Positions 54,915 through 64,000 of a stretch of DNA of 64,000 bases are shown piece by piece. Positions within the stretch are counted from its first letter, which is position 1, and each line of letters opens with the position of its first letter. The position numbers and the translations under genes are program-made. The stretch lies in assembly GCF_020745735.1 (NCBI RefSeq), contig NC_083403.1, positions 103,936,378 to 104,000,377 on the forward strand. The letters run 5' to 3'. This stretch comes from Hemiscyllium ocellatum. Its lineage: Eukaryota. Under the pieces are notes generated by a model. That model was not told the DNA's origin. It saw nothing but the letters and a program-made list of their open reading frames with translations, and made no database searches.

Positions 54915-55032
54915 GTTCATATTCAATGCAGTGATTGATGAAGAAACATTCCCAGAAGCCAAGGGGAAAACCAAGAAGGAAGCTAAGCACAATGCTGCCA
55001 AACTTGCGCTGGAGAAATTGAACATTGACTTG
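54915..55032 (+). CDS. EIF2AK2: PKR exon, dsRBM1 C-half
   Basis: FIFNAVIDEETFPEAKGKTKKEAKHNAAKLALEKLN; canonical KKxAK; TAG/GTGAGT. Confidence 0.92.
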
Positions 55033-55589
55033 GTGAGTAGTCTGTGTTGCATTTTGTTTTAAAAAAATCAATTAGGGTTTTATTTTCTCTACATTTTAAA
55101 GGTTTCTTCAATTAGGGAGAACTTTCATTCAATTCCAGACAAGTTATTGCTTTGTGTCTCCGAGAAGTCTATGCACAGGGAGATTGGATACATTTCAAAT
55201 TATTCTCTCTGATTATTTTCAGGCTGTGTTCTTTTCCCCACCCTATCCCATCCCTCATTCCTCTTCATATCAGCCTTCCTCTCCTTGTCTAGCCCAACCC
55301 AACATTCTTGTCACTCTTCATCTTGATCACCCCCTCCAAATTGCACATTTGTTTTTCTCACAGTTCCCTAATCCCAGCCGTAGTGCAACGAATAAACACC
55401 CACCCTGTCATGCCCTCCATTCTCATAAACTCCTGCACTTCCTTCACCCCTGCTGGTCTGTTAAATGTTGGTTAGTAACTACCTGTAAAGCTCAAGTACA
55501 TGCAGTTGGAACCAGAGACTGTCCTCACACTCTTAACTGCATTGGAATTTGACCAGATGTTCTGGGAGCACAGAGATCCTCTGCTCCAG

Positions 55590-56432
55590 AGGCACAATTA
55601 TAGCTCTGCGCTGGTTGGAGTCATACTTGGCCCATAGGAAGATGATTGTGGTTGTAGGAGGTCAGTCATCTCAGCTCCAGGATATCTCTGCAGGAGTTCC
55701 TCAGGGTAGTGTCCTGCATGAAACCGTCTTCAGCTGCTTCATCAATGACCTTGATTGATATTAAGGAATCCCCAACTATCAACATGCTGGGCATTGATAT
55801 TGACCAGAAACTGAACTGAACTAACCATGTAAATATTGTGGGAACAAGTGTAGGTCAGAGGCTAGGAATCCTGCAGCCAGTAACTCACTTCCTGACTCTC
55901 CCAAAACCTATCGACCATCTACAAGGCACAAGTCAGGAGGGTGATGGAATACGCCCCACTTGGTTGGATGAGTACATCTCCAATAACACTGAAGAAGCTT
56001 GATAACATGCAGGACAAAGCAACCCACTCAATTGGCATCACAGCCACAAGCATCCACTCCATTCCCAGCTAATGCTGAGTAGCAGTAGAGTGTACTAGCT
56101 ACAAGATGCACTGCAGAAATTCACCAAAGATCCTTGGACAACACCTTCCAAACCCACAACCACTTCCATCTAGAAGAACGAGGGCAGCAATTACATGGGA
56201 ACACCATCACCTGCAAGTTCCCTTCCAAGCCACTCGCCATCCTGACTTGGAAGTATACTGCCACTGTTGCTGGATCAAAATCCTAGAATTTTCTCCCTAA
56301 GGGTATTATAGGTCGATCTGCAACACACGGACTGCAGCAAATCAAGAAGGTAGCTCACCACTACTTTCTCAAAGGCAACTAGGGATGGGCAATAAATGCT
56401 GGTGCAGCAAGTGACTCACAAGGTGAATAAAT
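55590..56432 (+). mobile_element. LINE 3' fragment (CR1-related; similar copy ~31770-32600)
   Basis: WLESYLAHRK..GVPQGSVL..INDL; shared GGGATGGGCAATAAATGCTGG tail. Confidence 0.7.
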
Positions 56433-56540
56433 AAAATTCACTCTCCAACCCTAGTTGGATCTCTCAGATTCTGGTCAAAAGCCCCTTTTTGCTGCTGATT
56501 GGGCAAACAGTTTCTCTCAAAATCTGGTCCGTTTATCTTT

Positions 56541-56907
56541 AATAGAATCCATAGAATCCCTACAGTGTGGAAACAGGCTACTAGGTCCGTCAAATCTATA
56601 CTGACCCTCCAAAGAGCATCTCACTTAGACCCACACCCCCTACCCCCTACCCTATCCCTGTACTACCACATTTACCCTTAGCTAATTCGCCTAGCCTAAA
56701 TATGCCTGGATACTACGGGCAATTTAGCATGGCTGATCCACCGAACCTGCACATTTTTGGACTGTGGGAGGGAACTGGGAGCACCCAGATGAAACCCATG
56801 TAGACATGAGGAGAATATGCACACTCTACCCAGTCACCCAAGGGTGGAATCAAACCTAGGACCACAGTGCTGTGAGGCAGCAGTGCTAACCACTGAGCCA
56901 ACATGCT
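56541..56907 (-). mobile_element. tRNA-derived SINE
   Basis: Same family, more diverged. Confidence 0.8.
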
Positions 56908-57189
56908 CAAATATGTAAAAGCAACTTTTTTTTTGTTAGGTCATGTTTAGAAGTTAGTTTAAAATCCATGTGGAATTGGGAGACTTTATTAAAAATAAGT
57001 GACTGATTTGCCATCACTGTCTGGTCAGAAGAATGATCACAAGGAATGAAAACACTTTCAATGGGTCATTGAACGTATCTGATACTTGATGCGCACAGGT
57101 GATAACCTTTTCAAGCAGCCTCAGTTTGGGTTGTGTATGCTTGTAAAAACAAAGGCAGTACCGTACCTTCTGATTTGTCTTTCATGTAG

Positions 57190-57329
57190 ACTGATGGCGG
57201 TAGCCTTCGAATATCTCCTGCCAGCATGGGAAACTACATCAGCAAGCTCAACGAGTATGGGCAGAAGAAAGGCATACATCTCGAGTACAGGTTTCAGCAA
57301 CTGGACACAGGCATGGATCATGTACAAAA
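57190..57329 (+). CDS. EIF2AK2: PKR exon, inter-domain linker and dsRBM2 N-half
   Basis: TDGGSLRISPASMGNYISKLNEYGQKKGIHLEY...; SMGNYI recalls mammalian PKR; phases 0 and 2 fit. Confidence 0.92.
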
Positions 57330-57918
57330 GTTAGTTTTTTTTAAAGATAAATCAGATTTCTATTCTTGCTAAGAGTGGATAGGTGTCTTATTAATTTCAC
57401 TCGTCTAGTAATCCAGAACTCCAGGTTAATAATCTATGGACATGGGATCAAAGCCCACCACTGCACATGGTGAAATTTGAATTCAGTAAGATCTGGAATA
57501 CAAGGCTAACCTAATAGTGACCATGTAGCGTTGTTGGTTTTTATAAAACCTCGCCTGGTTTACTGATTTCCTTTAGGGCTATTAGGGATTCCAGACCAAC
57601 AACAATGTATTTGATTTTAACTGTCCTCTGAAGTAACCAACAAGTTGTATCATATGAAAGACTGAAATGTGTCGAAGGAATTAAACTGGATCATCAGACA
57701 CTGAACTAACCCTTCATTGTCATTGGGTCAAATTCCTTTAGCCCCCTACCTAACAGCACTGCAGTGTCCCTAGCCCCAAAGACTATACAGCTTCAAGCAG
57801 GCAACTCGCCATCACAAATAGGGATGGGCAACGGTCTAGTCTGTGATGACTATGTTCATGCAAAAATCTTTAAAATCCAAGGATCTCATTGTACCTTGTT
57901 ACTAGATACCCTCATGCT

Positions 57919-58200
57919 CTGGCGAATGGATCCTCTCTGGCTCCAGGTTAAAAGAATCCCCTCCCTCCCCGTGCCCCTGGTAAATGGATCTTCCCACACC
58001 CCTGGCTAATGGAACCCCTCTGGCTCCTGGGTAATGGATCTCCCCATTACTGCTAGTTAATGAAGCTACTTGCGTTCCTGGTTAATAGATCCTCCCTTGT
58101 TCATGGTTAATGGATTCTCCACATCCTTGGTTTGTGGCTTTCCCTATGTTCCTGGTTAATGGACCTGCCTGTGAATTTCCCAAGATTTCCCTGGTTAATA
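57919..58200. repeat. Degenerate ~25-bp minisatellite, ~11 units
   Basis: Recurring CTGGTTAATGGAT core with pyrimidine-rich variable part. Confidence 0.75.
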
Positions 58201-58874
58201 ATTTATACTCTGCCTTTCTTGGTGAAAGAATGGTAACCTCACTGAATACACCATTCATTACTAAGAGTTCTTATAATCTAACAAAGTGACCATTGTTATC
58301 ACACTTTCTTTGACCAGTCAACCTGTGTACTGGCACCTCCCCATGCCACTAGTGCCTGGGATGACTGTTGAGGTGGGTAATCTCACAACTGTTAAAAAAG
58401 TACTTGGTTGTGCATGTGAAGTGTTATAACATTCAAGGCTATGGGCCTAGGAGAGTAGTCCTATTGTAGGTAGTAGTGTATTTTTAGTGGTACAGATGGG
58501 CCAAACAGCTCCTTCTGTACTATGTGGTTTTATTATAGTTACTCTCCTTCAGGTCTGGTCTCTTTCACATTGTCATTCCCATTTCTCCACTGTCTCAGTT
58601 CCCATGGTCCTAAGTTCTGGACCTTCTTCCGTAAACCTCCCCATTTTTCTATCTTCCACTCTCTTTAAGACACTTCTTAAAACTTGCTTCTTTGACCTTC
58701 TTGAGTTTGGCTCAGTATTAAATTTTACTTCAAATGCATTACATGGAATAGGATGTTAAAGTTTGTTTTAATGTAAGTTATTGTAAAGTGAATGGGATGT
58801 TTTGGTAAGCAAACTCAAATGCTGGCCAATGAAACAACATGGTATCTTTCATTGTGAATTGTTCCATCCATTCG

Positions 58875-59082
58875 CCAGACTAGCACTAACCAGACAGGTC
58901 ATCCAGGATTAACTAAGGCTAGCACTAACCAGACCGGGTCATCCAGGATTAACCCAGGCTAGCACTAATCAGCAGGATCACCCAGAATTAACCCAGACCG
59001 GGATTAACTAGGCATGGTCATCCAGGATTAATCCAGACCAGCACTAATCAGGCATGGTCATCCAGGATTAGCCCAGATTAGC
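58875..59082. repeat. ~39-bp minisatellite, ~5 units
   Basis: CTAGCACTAACCAGACAGGTCATCCAGGATTAACCCAGG-like units. Confidence 0.85.
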
Positions 59083-59427
59083 TGTTTCATCCAGACATCC
59101 AGGTTCAAATGGATGTTAAGGGTGGATTTTAAGCTGAATTTGAAGTCCTCTGAGTATCAGTTGCATTCTAGGTACTTAATTGTGGTGATATTCCTCTTTC
59201 ATGTTAATGCCTGATTTCACATTTATGTGCTTCAGTTTAAACCCTTCTAAGACAATTTTCCCTCTGTTTCTCTAAGCTTCTTCAACCAGCCTCCTCCTCG
59301 CTTCGAATTTTGCATTCTGTTGACTTGACATCACCAACTGCTGTCCCCTGGCCATTGATAGCTAATCCTTCGGGCGTTCAGTCCTAAGAAATCCCCTATC
59401 TATCCCTTCCTTCCCAAGCTTTAAGAG

Positions 59428-60428
59428 CCTGTGACCAGTGGAGTGCCACAAGGAGCCGCTGCCTTTTCGTCATTTCTATAAATGATTTGGGTATGAACAT
59501 AGGAGGCATAGTTAGTAAGTTTGCAGATGACACCAAAATTGGAGATGTAGTGGACGGCGAGGAAGGTTAATTCAAATTACAATGGGATCTTGATCAGATG
59601 AGCCAATGGGCTGAGGAGTAGCAGATGGAGTTTAATTTAGATAATTGTGAGGTGCTGCATTTTGGAAAAGCAAATCTTAGCAGGACTTATACACTTAATG
59701 GTAAGGTCCTAGGGAGTGTTGCTGAACAAAAAGACCTTGGAGTGCAGGTTCACAGTTCCTTGAAAGTGGAGTCGCAGGTAGATAGGATAGTGAAGAAGGT
59801 GTTTGTTATGCTTTTCTTTATTGGTCAGAGTATTGATTACAGGAGTTGGGAGGTCAAGTTGTTGCTGCATAGGATACTGGTTAGGCCACTGTTGGAATAT
59901 TGCATGCAATTCTGGTCTCCTTCCTATTGGAAGGATGTTGTGAAACTTGAAAGGGTTCAGAAAAGATAGAGAAGGATGTTGCCAGGGTTGGAGGGTTTGA
60001 GCTACAGGGAGAGGCTGAACAGGCAGGGGCTGTTTTCCCTGGAGCATCGGAGGCTGAGGGGTGACCTTATAGAAATTTATGAAGTCATGAGGAGCATGGC
60101 TAGGATAAATAGTCAGTTTTTTCGCTGGGTCAGGGAGTCCAGAACTAGAGGGCATATGTTTAGGGAAAAGATATAAAAGAGACCTAAGGGGCAATGTTTT
60201 CACACAGAGGGTGGTATGTGTATGGAATGAGCTGCCAGAGGAAGTGGTGGAGGCTGGTACAATTGCTACATTTAAAATTCATTTGGATGGGTATATGAAT
60301 AGGAAAGGTTTAGAGGGATATGGACCGGGTGCTGGCAAATGGGACTAGATTGGGTTGGGATATCTGGTTGGCTTGGACAAATTGGACCAAAGGATCTGTT
60401 TCCATGTTGTACATCTTTATGACTTTAT
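59428..60428 (+). mobile_element. CR1-type LINE 3' fragment
   Basis: FADDTK, MEFNLDNCEVLHFG, LLEYCMQFWSP motifs. Confidence 0.88.
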
Positions 60429-61019
60429 ATTTTGGCTAATAACAGTGTGAGCTGCAAATCAGTGATTATACATTTCTGACTTAGTTGCTTATGGGTTCAA
60501 GTTCCAAATGCAGAAAACTGAGTACGTTCTCCAGGCTAATGGTCCAATTCAGTTCTGAGGGATTGCTGCAATGTCATGTTGCTGTCTTTCACATGAGACT
60601 TGAAACCAAGGCCCTGTCAGCCGCTTTGGTCGATATGTAGGAACCTACGAGACCACCTGAAGGAAGGCAGGATGTTCTGACCAATGTGTAGCCCTCCACC
60701 AGCATCACAAAATCAGGTGATCTTGGACATTGCTACCATGGCATATGTGGGAGCTGTGTGCAAATTGGCTGCTGTGTTCCGACATTACAATAGTAACTAT
60801 TGGTTGTAAAATACTTTGGGAGGTGCTGAGATTACGAAAGACACTAGATTAACACAAGCCTTTCCGACTTTCTCTTTGTCATGACATTGTCGTGCTCTGT
60901 GGTGGCTGTGTGAATTACTTTGAAACTATTTTCCACATTAAAAGTGGTATCTAAATGTCAGTTCCTTTATTGCACAGGTTTAGAATGACAATACATGATG
61001 TTCTTGCATTGTGTTCTAG

Positions 61020-61149
61020 GTTTGCATGCAATGTTTTCATGGACAAAAAAGAATACCCATTAGGCTATGGTCGAAACAAACAAGAAGCCAAGCATGAAGC
61101 TGCACTACTCGCCTATGAGGAAATTGCTGAACTTCCGTCACTTTCTGAG
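61020..61149 (+). CDS. EIF2AK2: PKR exon, dsRBM2 C-half
   Basis: FACNVFMDKKEYPLGYGRNKQEAKHEAALLAYEEI, comparable to the mammalian KEY..G.G..KQEAK..AA.LAY motif. Confidence 0.92.
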
Positions 61150-61337
61150 GTAGTGGATCAGCATAATTACAGAGTGAAAATGCACAAGCACCTATTGCAA
61201 ACAGGATGGAAAATCGGGACAACAATGAGAAATAAGGCAGGAATTCTTCACTAAACTGCTGCCCTAATCAGCCTAGGGGACCATGGGCCTGATGCTAGAA
61301 ACAGGCCACGACCTCTCTCTGTCCATTCCACCAATTT

Positions 61338-61906
61338 GATTACAGGAGTTGGGAGGTGATGTTGTGGCCACTGTTGGAATATTGCATGCAGTTCTGGTCT
61401 CCTTCCTATTGGAAGGATGTTGTGAAACTTGAAAGGGTTCAGAAAAGATTTACAAGGATGTTGCCAGGATTGGAGACTTTGAGCTAAAAGGAGAAATTGA
61501 ATAGGCTGGGGCTGTTTTCCCTGGAGTTTCGGAGGTTGAGGGATAATCTTACAGAGGTTTATAAAATCATGAGGATAAATAGACAAAGTCTTTTCCCTGG
61601 GGTCAGGGAGTCCAGAACTAGAGGGCATAGGTTTAGGGTGAGAGGGGAAAGATATAAAAGATACCTAAGGTGCAACGTTTTCACGCAGAGGGTGGTATGT
61701 GTGTGGAATGGGCTGCCAGAGGAAGTGGTGGAGGCTGGTACAATTGCAGCATTTAAAAGGCATCTGGATGGGTATATGAATAGAAAGGATTTGAAGGGTT
61801 ATGGGCTGGGTGCTGGCAGGTGGGACTAGATTGGGTTGGGATATCTGGTCGGCATGGACCGAAGGGTCTGTTTCCGTGCTGTACATCTCTATGTCTCTGT
61901 CACTCT
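61338..61906 (+). mobile_element. CR1-type LINE 3' fragment
   Basis: Same subfamily as 42268 and 59428 copies. Confidence 0.88.
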
Positions 61907-62600
61907 AATTCAGCATTCCGATACATCATTAACTAGGAAAGTGGAGAGGGAAAAAACACATTACCAGAAAACTATTTATTTCCCTAGTGGTTATACTGAT
62001 CACAGAATCTGTTTTCCGGTAATGTTCACCTACAACTTTCTAAAGATCATTACTTGGGATTTCTCATTCTAGTTTTGAGAGGATGAGCGTTCAATGTGAC
62101 ATTGAAATACAAGAAAAGTACAGTGCAAATGGCTGATCTAATGTGATAATGCTATTACAGTACTGTAATCCTTATGTAGAAAGAATGATTCTTCTGCACA
62201 GTACATCTTTCCCACTTGTTTTCAGATCCACTTTGAATGGGCAGTATGTTTGGTACTTACTAGCCCCATACCATCGAGAGGGAATTAAAAAGCATTAAGT
62301 CATAAAAGTTAATTGAATATTTGAAAAGGAAATTATTAAAACCAGGAAATGATGAAACTACTTCAAAGTTCAGGCTTCTTAGAGAGAAACAAGGTTAAAC
62401 ATTCAGGTTGATAAACTTTCAACAGATTCCTGTTTTCATTTTGTAGTTGCTCTCAGGCTTGTTGAGCATTTCCAGAGCTCACTTTTTTTTAGATTTTCTA
62501 CAACTGCAGTGAAATTTTGTATTTGCATTTACGGGATGATATTTGTTTAACAATGATTTTATGAAAAGTGCATCTCGTGAGGAAGTGCAGATTCATGCAC

Positions 62601-62832
62601 AGGCAGACAGACAAGCACACAGACAGATACACACACAGACAGACAAGCGCACAGACAGACAAGCGCACAGACAGATACACACACAGACAGACAAGCACAC
62701 GGACAGACAAGCACACGGACAGATACACACACAGACAGATACACACACAGACAGATACACACACAGACAGATACACACACAGACAGACAAACACACAGAC
62801 AGACAAGCACACAGACAGATTCACACACACAC
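62601..62832. repeat. Compound CAGA/CACA microsatellite
   Basis: Interleaved ACAG and AC runs. Confidence 0.92.
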
Positions 62833-62869
62833 TGCTAAATTCTTGCTGTTTTCTCCCTTTGTGAATAAG

Positions 62870-62949
62870 AATATGAGAAAACTCAATGTTGAAAATGAAG
62901 AACAACACAAGAGCGCTGCAGAAGACTCCACCGACCAGAATCTCAAAAG
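62870..62949 (+). CDS. EIF2AK2: Probable PKR linker exon (80 nt)
   Basis: CTAAAT branch-like site, pyrimidine tract, AAG acceptor; phase 0 continues the frame (NMRKLNVENEEQHKSAAEDSTDQNLK); AG|GTATGG donor. No sequence motif to confirm it. Confidence 0.65.
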
Positions 62950-63059
62950 GTATGGTTAGGTTTTGTTTTAATGGATAACTTTTTCTTGTGTGTTACTCTA
63001 AGTGATAGGGAAATGATTAGAATCTATTATTTAATAAATTATAACAGAGCTTGGGATCC

Positions 63060-64000
63060 AGATTGTTAGCCAGAGTCAACATGATTTTGTGAAAAGGCAA
63101 TCACACTTGACCAACCTGCTGGTGTTCTTTGAGGAGGTAACATATGCTGTGCTTAAGGGGAAACTTACATTACCGGAAGGCTTTGATAAAGTGCCACATC
63201 AAAGGTTATTGCAGAAAATAAAAGTCCATGCATTGGGGGGTAACATTGTAATGGATAGAAGATTGGCTAGCTAACAGGAAGCCGAAAGTAGGAATAAATG
63301 GGTCTTTTTCAGGCTGGCATGATGTCATGATGGGTGTGCCACTGGGTCTGGTGCTATGGCCTCTACTCTTTATAATTTATATAAACAATTGTATGCAGGA
63401 GATAAGTCCAAAAGTAAGTTGTGGAGAGGAGTGAAGGACACCGATAGGTTAAGTGAGTATGCAAAGATACGGTAACTAGATTTAGTATGGGAAAATGTGA
63501 AATAGTCCATTTTGGTTAGAAGGATAAAAAAAATTATCTAAATGTTGAGAGATTACAGAGCTCTGAGATGCAGAGGGATCTGAGTGTCTTTGTGCATGAA
63601 TTGCAAAATGTTAATATGCAGGTATAGCTATTAATTAGTCAAGTTAATAGAATACTATGATCTATTGCGAAGGGAGTTGAATGAAATAGGGAGGAGATTA
63701 TGCTTTAGTTATATAGAGCACTGGTGATAGCACATCTGGAGTACTAGTCACCTTATTTAAGGAAGGGTGCAAATATATTAGAGGCAGTTCAGGGAAGGTT
63801 CACCAGAATGATACCTGGAATGGGTGGGTCGTCAAGCTGGGTGTGTATTCACAAGAGTTTAGAGCAGTAAGAGGTGACTTGATTGAAACACATAAAACAC
63901 TGAGGGGTTGTGACAGGTTGAAAGCTGGAAAGGGGGTTTGCTGTTGTGGGAGAATCTAGAACTAGGGATTACTATTTAAAAATCAGGATTCGCACTTGGA
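63060..64000 (+). mobile_element. Old CR1-type LINE fragment
   Basis: LTNLLVFFEEVT, FDKVPHQRLLQKI. Confidence 0.78.

Noticed and set aside
57919-58200. CRISPR-like constant core with variable spacers
   Set aside because: Vertebrate intron, degenerate cores, spacers too short and similar, no cas genes.
62498-62908. Several overlapping ORFs of VCLS/HTDR repeats
   Set aside because: Microsatellite composition lacks stops; no protein signal.

Overview
Eukaryotic, repeat-rich vertebrate DNA, most likely a shark. This rests on tRNA-headed HE1/V-SINE-like SINEs, abundant CR1-type LINEs and Penelope-like elements. Three spliced host genes can be reconstructed from GT-AG exons: the 5' part of HEATR5B (minus strand), a complete 8-exon GPATCH11 (plus, 270 aa) sharing a CpG-rich bidirectional promoter with HEATR5B, and the 5' half of a PKR/EIF2AK2 gene (plus). 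The PKR part has an ISRE/IRF promoter, two dsRNA-binding motifs and the start of the linker; its kinase exons lie beyond the window. The first 9.3 kb is a decayed Gmr1-like Gypsy retrotransposon (integrase before RT) carrying nested CR1, SINE and Penelope-like insertions. Highlights: four sequence families of Penelope-type repeats with minimal hammerhead ribozyme cores, a near-perfect 214-bp fold-back just upstream of the PKR promoter, a 40-bp minisatellite that multiplies NRF1 sites in the bidirectional promoter, and PKR lying head-to-tail with GPATCH11. All homology calls are from recognition of motifs, not from database searches.
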